Source of the DNA: Candidatus Eiseniibacteriota bacterium | GTDB lineage: Bacteria > Eisenbacteria > RBG-16-71-46 > CAIMUX01 > VGJL01 | Assembly: GCA_041946735.1 (NCBI GenBank) | Contig: JBHGAY010000024.1 | Location: 1 to 64,000 of the forward strand | Length of the DNA stretch: 64,000 bases | Direction of reading: 5' to 3' | Shown here: one piece after another, positions 48,758 to 58,810 of the stretch | Numbering within the stretch: the stretch's first letter is position 1 | Layout: every line of letters begins with the position of its first letter | The notes under the pieces: generated by a model | Told to the model about the DNA's origin: nothing | The model's input: only the letters and a program-made list of their open reading frames with translations | Databases searched by the model: none | Position numbers and translations under genes: made by a program

Positions 48758-48942
48758 GGCCGGTCGGCCGTCCAACGCCAAAGGCCCCTCCGCGGCACGA
48801 GTGAAAACCGCGTGAACCAGTGTACGCCGGTCGGATGATTGCGCCAGCCCTCTTCCCCCGCGTCGAACTGCCTCGCCGCCGCGCCGCTGTTCCCCGGCCG
48901 CCCCGCGTCTGGTAGCTTGTCCGGTCCCCCAAGGAGGAACCG

Positions 48943-50736
48943 ATGCACGAACGGCCTGTCCTGATGGTCGTCGACGACGACAGCGAGAGTCTGCACCGCC
49001 TCTACGAGGCGCTCGACCGGCGGCTCCACGCCGACTACCGGGTCTCCGCCCACACCTCCGCAGCCGAAGCGGTCGCCGAGCTGCGCCGCATCAAGGAGCT
49101 TGGACATGCGGTCGCGCTCGTGATCGCCGATCAGTGGATGCCGGAGATGACCGGAATCGACCTGCTCGGCGAAGCGCATCTGCTCCATCCTTCGGCGCAG
49201 CGGGCGCTGCTCGTCGATTGGGGGGATCGCACCGCGTCGCCGACCATCCTGCAGGGATGCGCGCTGGGCAAGCTGGAGAACTACATCACGAAGCCCTGGT
49301 CGCCCCCCGAGGTGCACCTCTATCCGCTCGTGGACCAGTTCCTCGCCGACTGGACGCGCGCACACCGCCCACAGATGGAGCTGGTCCGGATCGTCACCGG
49401 CCATCCCTCTCCACGCGGCCACGAAATTCGCGACCTTCTCGTGCGAAGCGGGATCCCGCACGGCTACCACCTCGTTGACTCGGAGACCGGCCATCGACTT
49501 CTCGAGCAGACCGGGCAGGACGGCTCGCGCCTCCCGCTCGTGATCCTGCTCGACGGCCACACGCTGGTCGATCCGACGAACGAGGAGATCTACGACGCGC
49601 TGGGCGCCTCGAACATGGAGGATCGCTTCTGCGACCTGCTCGTGATCGGCGGCGGCCCGGCCGGACTCGCCGCGGCCGTTTACGGAGCGTCCGAGGGCTT
49701 GTCGACCCTCGTGGTCGAGCGCGAGGCGATCGGAGGGCAGGCGTCGACGGCCGCGCTCATCCGCAACTACCTCGGCTTCCCCGCCGGAATCAGCGGCGCC
49801 GATCTCGCGCAGCGCGCCTACAACCAGGCGTGGCTCTTCGGCGCGAAGTTCGTCTTCGCGAGAGGCGCCGTCTCGCTTCACGCGAAGGGGACGAAGAGGA
49901 TCGTGACGCTTTCCGACGGCACGGAGATCACCGCCCGCGCGGTCCTGATCGCGACCGGCGCCTCCTATCGCCGGCTGAACATTCCGAGCGTCGACCGGTT
50001 CTCGGGCGCCGGCGTCTTCTACATCATCCCCTCCCGGGTCTCGCTCTTCCGCGGGCAGAACATCTACATCGCCGGCGGTGGCAACTCGGCCGGCCAGGCG
50101 GTCGTGCATCTCGCCAAGCAGGCGGACCACGTGACCTTGCTCGTGCGGGGAGACTCGCTCGAGAAGGGGATGTCCGACTATCTCGTCCAGCAGATCCGGC
50201 AGACGCCGAACGTCACGGTGCGGCTGCGGACGGAAGTGATCGGCGGCGAGGGGAACGAGACGCTCGAGCGGATCGTCCTGAGGGACCATGCGGCCGGAAA
50301 GGACGAGACGCTCGGGCTCGACGTCCTCTACGTGCTGATCGGCGCTCTCCCTCACACCGACTGGCTCGGCGCGGCGGTGCAACGCGACCGCAATGGCTTC
50401 GTCCGTACGGGCCGCGAGGTCGACACAGGCCGCGCGGCCGGCTGGCCGGCGGGGACCTGGCCGTCGAGGTTCGCCACGAGCCTTCCGGGCGTCTACGCGG
50501 TCGGCGACGTCCGGCTCGGTTCGGTCAAGCGAGTGGCTTCCGCGGTGGGCGAGGGGTCGGTCGCCGTCCAGTACATCCACGACTACCTGGACGATCCCAT
50601 TTCCCTGGAGGATGCCGGTTCGATCCTTGCCGGCGATACGGCGCGGATCGAGGGTCTCCCGACTCCGGAGCGCGTCTCGGTGGAGGCTGCAACGGCGGCG
50701 GCGAAGATGGAGGAACTGCCCCCCGGCCGGGTGTAG
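48943..50736 (+). CDS. Response-regulator receiver-modulated thioredoxin reductase-like FAD oxidoreductase
   Basis: VVDDD...IADQWMPEMTG...YITKPW receiver; IGGGPAG, IGGQA, GGGNSAGQA, AVGDVR, VASAVGEG; RBS AAGGAGG. Confidence 0.9.
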   Translation: MHERPVLMVVDDDSESLHRLYEALDRRLHADYRVSAHTSAAEAVAELRRIKELGHAVALVIADQWMPEMTGIDLLGEAHLLHPSAQRALLVDWGDRTASPTILQGCALGKLENYITKPWSPPEVHLYPLVDQFLADWTRAHRPQMELVRIVTGHPSPRGHEIRDLLVRSGIPHGYHLVDSETGHRLLEQTGQDGSRLPLVILLDGHTLVDPTNEEIYDALGASNMEDRFCDLLVIGGGPAGLAAAVYGASEGLSTLVVEREAIGGQASTAALIRNYLGFPAGISGADLAQRAYNQAWLFGAKFVFARGAVSLHAKGTKRIVTLSDGTEITARAVLIATGASYRRLNIPSVDRFSGAGVFYIIPSRVSLFRGQNIYIAGGGNSAGQAVVHLAKQADHVTLLVRGDSLEKGMSDYLVQQIRQTPNVTVRLRTEVIGGEGNETLERIVLRDHAAGKDETLGLDVLYVLIGALPHTDWLGAAVQRDRNGFVRTGREVDTGRAAGWPAGTWPSRFATSLPGVYAVGDVRLGSVKRVASAVGEGSVAVQYIHDYLDDPISLEDAGSILAGDTARIEGLPTPERVSVEAATAAAKMEELPPGRV

Positions 50737-50747
50737 ACTGGGCGCCA

Positions 50748-51380
50748 ATGAGCGCCCCGCTGCGACCGGAGAGTTGCCCGTGCGTGCCCACGCGCGAAAA
50801 GGGTACTCGACACACCCTACACGCTTTCGCGCTTCTCGGGTTCGTCGTTGTGCTCGTGCTCGCGGGCACGCCGGGCTGCTACACGCAGATCGCTCCGTCC
50901 CTGACGATTCCCCCGCCGGTCGCGGAGTCCCCTCCGGATCGGATCACCGAGGAGCAGGAGGCGGACGGAGACGGTATCGTCACCCGCTCGATCGGTCCGC
51001 TCGGCTTCACGCTTTCCGTGCAGCCGACGCGCTTCCGCGCCGGCGACCCCGTCGTCATCGAGATCACGCTCGACAACTCGAGCCCGACCTTCCCCTATGA
51101 GCGCACCTTCCCGAGCGGCTGCAACGTGGCGTTCGAGGTGCGCGACGAGGGAGGGAGGCTGATCGGGCCGTACCGTGTCTGCGACAACTACGGGAGCGAG
51201 ATCGTCCTCGCCCCCGCCGAGCGCCGGATCTACCGCTACGAATACTATGGCGGCGAGCAGGGATACTTCGGCGGCGAGGGCGAGCTCGAGCCGGGCCGCT
51301 ACTGGGTCACGGCCGGCTTCGTCAGCGGGTCGAGCCTGATGCCCACCGTTCCGCCCGTCGCAATCGAACTGCTGCCCTAG
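50748..51380 (+). CDS. Putative lipoprotein with Ig-like (BsuPI-like) domain
   Basis: Hydrophobic stretch ending TPGC; TFPSGC...FEVRDEGG...LEPGRY; start uncertain. Confidence 0.65.
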   Translation: MSAPLRPESCPCVPTREKGTRHTLHAFALLGFVVVLVLAGTPGCYTQIAPSLTIPPPVAESPPDRITEEQEADGDGIVTRSIGPLGFTLSVQPTRFRAGDPVVIEITLDNSSPTFPYERTFPSGCNVAFEVRDEGGRLIGPYRVCDNYGSEIVLAPAERRIYRYEYYGGEQGYFGGEGELEPGRYWVTAGFVSGSSLMPTVPPVAIELLP

Positions 51381-51430
51381 CTTCCGGCCCTAGCTTCCGC
51401 TCGGGCAGATTGCCCGGCTGTCCCGCCTGA

Positions 51431-51865
51431 TCAGGACGAACGATCCCGCCCGACCGCGCCAGCCCGTAGCAGCCCGATCCCGAGCAGCAGCACGGACGCC
51501 GCAAGCACGACGCCGCCCGCGTACGTGAAGCCGATCATCCCGCTCGGCGACGTCGCGTCCGGCGTGAGAACGGAGAGGAAGAATCCGAGCGGCATCAGGA
51601 TCGCCGCGATCGGGATACCGTGACGTGCTACCCAGAGCCACGGGCGGCCGAGCCGCGCATGATCCACATAGCGAAGCGCGACCAGGCTCAGAACGAGTAG
51701 CACGCCGGCGTGCGCGTGCCCGGCGCGCCAGAGGTCCTGGCGAAGCGGGTTGGCCTGGTACGCCGGATCACGAATCAGAAGCGTCAGAAGGCTCGCGCCG
51801 CCGAACATGACGGTCGGCAGCACGACCAGGAGGATTCCCGCAAGGCGCCTCGACTCCCAGCTCAT
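51431..51865 (-). CDS. Conserved four-TM membrane protein
   Basis: Four hydrophobic helices, WRAGHAHAGVL motif. Confidence 0.75.
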   Translation of the reverse strand: MSWESRRLAGILLVVLPTVMFGGASLLTLLIRDPAYQANPLRQDLWRAGHAHAGVLLVLSLVALRYVDHARLGRPWLWVARHGIPIAAILMPLGFFLSVLTPDATSPSGMIGFTYAGGVVLAASVLLLGIGLLRAGAVGRDRSS

Positions 51866-51976
51866 CGACGGCCCTCGCTCCGCGGCCGGCGGCGTAACGG
51901 GCGGTCGTCGTCCCATCGTCGTCGTCCTCCATCACGGCCAATCCGGATCCCGTGGTCTCCGCTGCTCGCGCACCGC

Positions 51977-52834
51977 TCAGCCGGTCGGCAGCGAGCGCGG
52001 CTTCTTCCCGCGCGGAAACGCGCGATCGATCTCCGCGATCTCCTCGGGCGACAGAACGAGATCTCCGGCGGTTGCGTTCTCCTCGACGTGCGCGGCGTTC
52101 GCCGACATCGGGATCGTGAAGAGCGGCTCCTCACGGACGAGGAAAGCCAGCGCGACCGCCGCCGGCGTCACGCCGTGCGCCTCGCCGATCCGTCGCAGCA
52201 CCCCGGCCGAAGCGCCGTCCTTCTCACCCTTCGCGCCCAGGGCGTGCCGCGCGCCGAGCGGCGTGTACCCGACGACGGCGATCCCGAGCGCGCGGCAGGC
52301 CGGGAGCAGTTCGTGCTCGATCCCGCGCTGCTCGAGATTGTACAAAACCTGATTGCACGCGATCCTGCCCGGCCCGGCGATCGCCACCGCCTCCTGCACG
52401 TCCCGCGCATCGAAGTTCGACACGCCGTAGGAGAGGATCTTCCCCTCGTTCCGCAGCTCCTCGAAGGCGCCGAGCGTCTCGCGCAGCGGGACAGAGCTGG
52501 GCCAGTGCAGCAGGTAGCAGTCGAGCCGGTCGGTCCGCAGACGCCGCAGCGAGGCCTCGCACGCGCGGCGCACGCCGTCGCGCGTGGCATTCGACGGCAA
52601 GACCTTGCTCACCAGGAACACCTCGTCGCGCCGCCCCGGAATCGCCTCGGCGATCACCTCCTCGGCGCGGCCCGATCCGTACATCTCCGCGGTGTCGAGA
52701 TGCGTCATGCCCAGGTCCAGGGCGCGACGGATCGCGCGGACCGCTTCTCCACGGTCCGCCTGCTCGATCCGCCAGGTTCCCTCCCCGATCAAGGGGACGG
52801 GGACGCCGGTCGGCCCGAAGGGTCGCTTGCGCAT
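51977..52834 (-). CDS. Aldo/keto reductase
   Basis: IGEGTW, LDTAEMYG, VSKV, LDCYLLHW, GVSNF, NQVLYNL. Confidence 0.93.
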   Translation of the reverse strand: MRKRPFGPTGVPVPLIGEGTWRIEQADRGEAVRAIRRALDLGMTHLDTAEMYGSGRAEEVIAEAIPGRRDEVFLVSKVLPSNATRDGVRRACEASLRRLRTDRLDCYLLHWPSSVPLRETLGAFEELRNEGKILSYGVSNFDARDVQEAVAIAGPGRIACNQVLYNLEQRGIEHELLPACRALGIAVVGYTPLGARHALGAKGEKDGASAGVLRRIGEAHGVTPAAVALAFLVREEPLFTIPMSANAAHVEENATAGDLVLSPEEIAEIDRAFPRGKKPRSLPTG

Positions 52835-53032
52835 GCCCCGCCAGTCTACGAGGATCGGGCGGCCCGGCGTCAGCGTGCGAGCGTCGGGAGGTGGGCGGGC
52901 GAGGCGGCCGAAAGCCCGGGAACATTCGCTTGGCGGCCGCGCGCCCGACGGCGATACTGGCCCGTCGGCAATCCGCGCATTCGCGCGCTCCGGTCGAGCG
53001 AGCGCCGCTTCGCCGGAGAAAGGAGACGCGAC

Positions 53033-53626
53033 GTGACGAAACGGATCCTCCTCGCCGGCCTGGCCGGCGGCATCGTTCTCTTCGTCTGGAGCAGCTTCTC
53101 GCACATGGCCCTGCCCATCGGCGAGATGGGGCTGTCGACGCTCGGCCACGAGCAGCCGGTCCTCGATGCGCTGCGCGCGAACGTGGACGCCGACGGGCTC
53201 TACTTCTATCCGCAGATGCCGCCCGGCATGGCAGGACGGAAAGCGCAGGAGCAATGGGCGCAGAAGATCCGCTCGGGACCGTCGGGACTCCTGCTGATCC
53301 ACGTCGCCGGGAGCGAGCCGATGACCCCCTGGCAGATCGTGATCGAGCTGCTGACGAATCTGATCGCCTGCATCCTCGTCGCGGCCCTCCTCTGGTGGCT
53401 GCACATTCGCCCGCTCTCGGCCGGGTTCGTCGGCGCATTGCTCGGCTTCCTCGGATGGCTGAACATCAGCGCGTCGTACTGGAACTGGTACGGCTTCCCG
53501 GCCGCCTTCGTGATCGGCGAAGGAATCGACCAGATCATCGGGTGGTTCCTCGCGGGGCTCGTGATCTCCGCCGTGCTTTGGACCGGCGCCCGCCGCTTCG
53601 CGCGCCGGGCGACCGTGGCCGCGTGA
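53033..53626 (+). CDS. Conserved hypothetical membrane protein
   Basis: RBS AAGGAG + GTG; four TM segments; GLYFYP and YWNWYGFP motifs. Confidence 0.75.
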   Translation: MTKRILLAGLAGGIVLFVWSSFSHMALPIGEMGLSTLGHEQPVLDALRANVDADGLYFYPQMPPGMAGRKAQEQWAQKIRSGPSGLLLIHVAGSEPMTPWQIVIELLTNLIACILVAALLWWLHIRPLSAGFVGALLGFLGWLNISASYWNWYGFPAAFVIGEGIDQIIGWFLAGLVISAVLWTGARRFARRATVAA

Positions 53627-53994
53627 GCCGGCCGGCCTCGCGGCGCGCGGCCTGAGCCGCCGCCGGTCGCTCGAGCCGGGACAATCAGCGCGGCGACACC
53701 GGCGAGATCCTCGCCGGCGCCGGACCCGCTCCGGCCGCGCCGCTCGGGCCGTGCCACCCGGGCCCCCGTCCCCCGCCGCCTGATTCCCGCCGCCTGATCC
53801 CCGCCTGCCCCGGCGCTCCCCCGCCTTTCGAGAGCCCGACCGTCCCCGCGTCGACCCGGCCGTCGTCCCTGCGTCGACCCGACCGCGCCGATCGGTGTAC
53901 CATCGCCGCCCGAGGCGCCGGGCGTGGCCGCCTCCCCCGTTTCGCCCGGCATCGAAGGGCGGACGGCGGGCGGGAGGCGGCAGGAAGGGAAGGG

Positions 53995-55284
53995 ATGCGA
54001 AGACGAGGCCTCTGGATTCTCCTCGGCACGGTGCTGCTCGCTGCCGCGGTCGTTCTGCTCTCCGGATTCCCGCTGACCGGCAAGGTCAAGATCCCCACGG
54101 CGAAGGTGCGGAAGGGCGATTTCCTGATCTCCCTGAAGGCGACCGGCGAGGTCCAGGCCAAGCGGGCCTACACCGTCGTCGCCCCGCGCATCCGGAACAT
54201 CCAGATCACCTGGATGGCCCCGGAGGGGAGCATGGTCAAGGCCGGCGACGCGGTCATCCGCTTCGACTCCAGCCAGCAGCAGGCCGATCTGGCGGAGAAC
54301 CAGTCGTCCCTCCAGATCAGCCAGACCGCGCTCCAGCGGCAGAAGACGGAGTACGAGATCCAACAGAAGGAGCTTTCGCTCGAGCTGCGTCGCGCCCAGC
54401 GAGCCTACGACGAGCAGAAGCACGAAGCGCCGAAGGTCGCCGAGGAGGCGCGGCTCGCGCTCGAGCTCGCCGAGCTGAACGCGAAGGCGAAGCTCGACCA
54501 GATCGAGGCCGACATCCGCAAGGCGGAGCTCGAGGTGCAGCGCGCCGAGGACAAGGTCGACCTCGCCCAGAAGGAGCTCGACCAGATGACGCTGACCGCC
54601 CCGATCCCGGGGATGGTCGTCTATCTCGAGATCTGGAAGGGAAGCACCATGGGGAAGGTCCAGGAGGGCGACTCTCCCTGGCCGGGACAGGGATTGATCA
54701 ACCTGCCCGACCTGGGCGAGATGATCGTCAACGCGACGGTCTCCGAGGTGGACGCGAGCCGCGTCGACGCCGGCCAGGAGGCTCTCGTCACGCTCGACGC
54801 CTTCCCTGACGTCCGCTTCCAGGGGAAGGTGACCCGCAAGGGAACGCTCGCGCGCCGCAAGGAGCCCGACTCGAAGATCAACGTCTTCGACGTCGAGATC
54901 GCGATCGACGACGTCGACGAGCGCCTGAAGCCCGGAATGTCCGCTTCCGCTCAGATCGTCGTCGACAAGATCCCCGACGTCGTCTCGGTCCCGCTCGAGG
55001 CGGTGTTCGAGTCGGCCGGCTCGCCGGTCGTCTACCTCGAGAATCGCAAGCCGCACACCGTCGCGGTCGGCCGCCGCAATGACATGGAGATCGAGATCAC
55101 CTCGGGACTCGCCGGCGACGAGACGATCTGCCTCGTCGACCCGAAGATCGCGCGCCACGGCCTCCCCGGGGATCGCGCCACCGAGCCGGAGCTGAACCGC
55201 GGTCGGACCGCCCCGTCTCCCGCTCCCACAACGTCCGAGCCGGCCGCGGCCCCCGCGCGACGCGGCCGGGCGAAGTCCGGATGA
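53995..55284 (+). CDS. Efflux periplasmic adaptor (MacA/HlyD family)
   Basis: N-terminal TM, PEGSMVKAGD, long coiled coil, TAPIPGMV, LKPGMSA. Confidence 0.92.
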   Translation: MRRRGLWILLGTVLLAAAVVLLSGFPLTGKVKIPTAKVRKGDFLISLKATGEVQAKRAYTVVAPRIRNIQITWMAPEGSMVKAGDAVIRFDSSQQQADLAENQSSLQISQTALQRQKTEYEIQQKELSLELRRAQRAYDEQKHEAPKVAEEARLALELAELNAKAKLDQIEADIRKAELEVQRAEDKVDLAQKELDQMTLTAPIPGMVVYLEIWKGSTMGKVQEGDSPWPGQGLINLPDLGEMIVNATVSEVDASRVDAGQEALVTLDAFPDVRFQGKVTRKGTLARRKEPDSKINVFDVEIAIDDVDERLKPGMSASAQIVVDKIPDVVSVPLEAVFESAGSPVVYLENRKPHTVAVGRRNDMEIEITSGLAGDETICLVDPKIARHGLPGDRATEPELNRGRTAPSPAPTTSEPAAAPARRGRAKSG

Positions 55285-56588
55285 TCGACACCGGCCTGGT
55301 CTTCCGGCTCGCCATCGAGTCGCTTGCGGTCCACAAGCTCCGCACCGCTCTCACCATGCTCGGTGTGATCTTCGGCGTCGCCGCCGTCGTCTCGATGCTC
55401 TCGATCGGCGAGGGGGCGAAGCGCGAGGCGATGCAGCAGATCTCGATCCTCGGAATCGACAACATCATCGTCGAGGCGCGCGTCCCGATCTCCGAGAAAG
55501 GGACAGACGAGACATTCCAGCGTTCCCCCGGCCTCGGGCTCGCGGACGCCGAGAACCTCCGCCTCTACGACGATCTGATCTCCAACGTCGTGCCGCAGCG
55601 ATTCGAGACGCCTGCGACGATCCGAAGCGGGTCGATCGAGGCGCCGGTGCGGGTCGTCGCCACCACACCGAACTTCACCATCTCCTCCTCGATCGAGGTC
55701 GAGGGCGGCCGCTTCCTGACCGATGGCGACATGGCGGAGTTCGCGCAGGTCTGCGTCCTCGGCGCGAAGGCGCGTCGCGCGCTCTTCGCCTTCGACGATC
55801 CGCTCGGACGGATCGTGCGCATCGCCGATCTCGACTTCACCGTGGTCGGCGTGATGGCGGACAAGTACATCGGCCGCGGGAAGGTCGAAGGGCTCGAGCT
55901 TAAAAACCTGAACGAGGACGTCTACATCCCGTTCTCGACGGCGGTCAAGAAGCTCGAGCGCGCGGGAATGACGACGCGATCCGACCCGCGCCACTACTTC
56001 GGCGACCGCTCGAACGAGCCGCAGCGCAACTACAACATTCCCGAGATCGACCAGCTCACGATCACCGTGAGCGACCTCGATTTCGTTCCCGCGGTGACGC
56101 TCCTCGTGCGGCGCGTCCTCGAGCGGCGCCACGGCGGAATTGCCGACTACGACGTGATCGTCCCGGAGTCGCTGCTCCGGCAGTCGCAGAAGACGCAGCA
56201 GATCTTCAACATCGTCATGGGCGCGATCGCCGGCCTCTCGCTCCTGGTCGGCGGCATCGGAATCATGAACATCATGCTCGCGACGGTCCTCGAGCGGACG
56301 CGCGAGATCGGGACGCGCCGGGCGGTCGGAGCGACGCGCGGCGACATCCTCCGTCAGTTCCTGCTCGAAGCGGTGGTGATCTGTCTCGTCGGCTGCCTGG
56401 TCGGCCTCGTCGTCGGGCTCTCCCTCTCGAAGGGGATCAGCCTCTACGCCGGATGGCCGACGATCGTCTCGCCGTTCGCGATCCTGCTCGCGATCGGCGT
56501 CTCGACGGCGGTCGGGCTCATCTTCGGCGTCTATCCCGCTCGCAAGGCGGCCCGGTTGCACGTGATCGAGGCGCTCCGCTACGAGTGA
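55281..56588 (+). CDS. MacB/FtsX-family ABC permease
   Basis: RTALTMLGVIFGV, SLLVGGIGIMNIMLATVLERTREIG, IEALRYE. Confidence 0.93.
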   Translation: MIDTGLVFRLAIESLAVHKLRTALTMLGVIFGVAAVVSMLSIGEGAKREAMQQISILGIDNIIVEARVPISEKGTDETFQRSPGLGLADAENLRLYDDLISNVVPQRFETPATIRSGSIEAPVRVVATTPNFTISSSIEVEGGRFLTDGDMAEFAQVCVLGAKARRALFAFDDPLGRIVRIADLDFTVVGVMADKYIGRGKVEGLELKNLNEDVYIPFSTAVKKLERAGMTTRSDPRHYFGDRSNEPQRNYNIPEIDQLTITVSDLDFVPAVTLLVRRVLERRHGGIADYDVIVPESLLRQSQKTQQIFNIVMGAIAGLSLLVGGIGIMNIMLATVLERTREIGTRRAVGATRGDILRQFLLEAVVICLVGCLVGLVVGLSLSKGISLYAGWPTIVSPFAILLAIGVSTAVGLIFGVYPARKAARLHVIEALRYE

Positions 56589-56694
56589 CGCGTTCGAGTC
56601 GGCCGGTCGCCGCGGTGATCCGCGACGCCGTGTCGCTGTCCTTTGGGGTCTCTGTCTCTTGGGGTCTCTGTCTCTCCTCGCGAGGTTGCACGCC

Positions 56695-58200
56695 ATGTTC
56701 GAAGCGAATTCCCTCCGCTGCCGTTTGCTCATGCTCTGCACCGTCGCCGTGGTCGCGGCCGCGGCCGCCGTCGGCTTCTCTCCCGGGCTCGGACGCGCGC
56801 AGCCGATGACGCTCGACGAGGCAATCGACCAGGCGATCCATCACTCCTCCCGCGGGGCGATCCTCGAGGAGACGGAGCGGATCGCGGAGTCGAGCTACCG
56901 GGCGAAGAAAATCAACTTCTACGTTCCGTTGATCACGATCAACGGCGCGCTCCCCTCCTACGACGTCGACCAGTCCTACAAGTTCTTCGGCGGCTCGACG
57001 CGCAAGCAGCTGTACAAGACGAGCGATTTCCGGATGAACAGCTTCATCAAGCTCGAGCAGAGCCTGCTGACCGGTGGAAGCCTCGCGATGTCGGCGAACC
57101 TGAACCGGTCGCAGAGCCGCTACCCCGACACGAACCCGGAGGTGCCGAGCGGCAGCTTCCTCGACGAGAACGGACGGCAGGGGTACTTCGAGTTCCGGCT
57201 CACGCAGCCGATCTTCAAGCCCTCGACGCTGAAGAACGAGCTGCTCGACCGGACGGAGAACCTCGAGCTGGCGCGGATCGGACGGCGCGAGGAGGAGGCG
57301 GCGCTGCGCAAGGAGGTGGCCGAGGCGTTCCTCGGCTTGATCGAGGCGGAGGTGCAGGACTCCATGCAGGCGCTCACGCTCGATGCCGCGAGCCTCAAGG
57401 CGGAGATCGATTCGGTCAAATGGCAGGACGGTGTGATCGCGGAGGAGGCGCGGCTCGAAGCCGCCTCCGCGAAGCTCGACGCCGAGCTGGCGCGCCGGGA
57501 GGCGACCGACAAGCTGCAGGAGCAGCAGCGGGCGCTGGCGCTGCTGCTCGACAGGCCGGTCGAGGGGACGTTGCAGTTGGTGGAGCCGGAGGCGGGTGAG
57601 GCGCTGTCGGCGGAGCAGTTGTTGAAGATGAAGTCCGGCTGGGAGAAGTCGCTGCCGGTGCGGCGGGCGCTCGAGAACCGCTCGCGCTCGAAGCGGATGG
57701 CATCCTACACCGCCAAGGGAAAGAGCCTGACCGGCGACTTGACCGCCAGCTACGCCGCCGGCCGCGGCAAGGTCAGCCTCGAGGACCGTCCCGACGAGGA
57801 CATCAACACGAACGGCTGGGGCGTCTCGCTGAACCTCTCCTACCCGATCTGGGACGGTGGATCGGGGAGCGCCGCCACGCAGGCGGCCCGCGCCGAGGCG
57901 AACCGGGCCGAGCTGGAGCTGGTGCAGGCGAAGCAGGCGGCGCAGGCGGAGATTGCACGCCTCGTGCAGCAGGTGGACGTCGGGTACCGGAGGCTGGGGA
58001 TTCAGCAGAGCCGGGTGAAGCTCGCTGACGACAAGCTCGCGATCGCGAGGGAGCGCTTCGCCGACGGACGGATCTCGACGCTGCAGCTCCGCGAGGCGGA
58101 GATCGACCGGCTGGAAGCACGGGCTGGGTACCTGGCGGAGCTGAAGACGTACCTCGGGAACAAGATCACGCTGGAGGGCAGCTTCGCCGGTCAGGAGTAG
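56695..58200 (+). CDS. TolC-family outer membrane efflux protein
   Basis: Signal peptide, MTLDEAIDQA, LTQPIF, LSYPIWDGG, RERFADGRIS. Confidence 0.88.
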   Translation: MFEANSLRCRLLMLCTVAVVAAAAAVGFSPGLGRAQPMTLDEAIDQAIHHSSRGAILEETERIAESSYRAKKINFYVPLITINGALPSYDVDQSYKFFGGSTRKQLYKTSDFRMNSFIKLEQSLLTGGSLAMSANLNRSQSRYPDTNPEVPSGSFLDENGRQGYFEFRLTQPIFKPSTLKNELLDRTENLELARIGRREEEAALRKEVAEAFLGLIEAEVQDSMQALTLDAASLKAEIDSVKWQDGVIAEEARLEAASAKLDAELARREATDKLQEQQRALALLLDRPVEGTLQLVEPEAGEALSAEQLLKMKSGWEKSLPVRRALENRSRSKRMASYTAKGKSLTGDLTASYAAGRGKVSLEDRPDEDINTNGWGVSLNLSYPIWDGGSGSAATQAARAEANRAELELVQAKQAAQAEIARLVQQVDVGYRRLGIQQSRVKLADDKLAIARERFADGRISTLQLREAEIDRLEARAGYLAELKTYLGNKITLEGSFAGQE

Positions 58201-58236
58201 GTGGTTGCCGGCCGGCTCCTGGTTGATCGAGCAAGC

Positions 58237-58304
58237 AGGCAGGTAGGTAGGTAGGTAGGCAGGTAGGTAGGTAGGCAGGTAGGTAGGTAGGTAGGTAGGT
58301 AGGC
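58237..58304. repeat. Tetranucleotide microsatellite (AGGT/AGGC)x17
   Basis: Counted directly: 13 AGGT and 4 AGGC units. Confidence 0.95.
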
Positions 58305-58372
58305 GGGAACGCGAGCAGGCGAGCGAGGCAGGATTCGAGTGAAAGGGCAGTGCCGGCAGGCACGGCGCTCCT

Positions 58373-58551
58373 CGGCGGGATCGCGCCGGCGGCCTCGCCC
58401 GAGGGATCGGCGCTCGCTGGGAGAAGACGGACGGCCGTCGCTCGCGCCTCTAGTTCGCCGCGCGAGTGACTCCCTACCGGCTGCAAGGGTGGCAGCCCAC
58501 GCGCGTCGAACGCGTCCCTCGGGCCGAGGCCTCACCGGGCGCTCCCCGCCG
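58373..58551 (+). repeat. ~180-bp element with imperfect ~40-bp terminal inverted repeats, copy 1 (MITE/REP-like)
   Basis: Near-identical to the reverse complement of 58811-58988; ends CGGCGGGATCGCGCCGG...CCGGGCGCTCCCCGCCG. Confidence 0.85.
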
Positions 58552-58810
58552 CAGATCGATCCGCTGAGCACATCTCCCCCCCACACACACTATTTGGGCC
58601 GCGCGCCGTCCGAGTGACGGAAGACCGAGCGGCGCGCGCCCTCGCTCGCGCGAACAATCACCACGCAAACCGGTCGGCCTTGCCCGCGCGGCTCGACAGC
58701 CGCCGGAATCTCACGAATGCCTCGATGAAGGTGGCACACACACGGGAGAGGGCACGGGATGCCACTACACCAGACCGCTGTCGAGTGGAAGGCGCGGCAC
58801 TGCCCTATGG

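Noticed and set aside
45111..48932. 1273-aa giant sigma factor
   Set aside because: Only the last ~230 aa are sigma-like; the upstream part is an off-frame read of the CHAT gene. The real start is GTG 45806.
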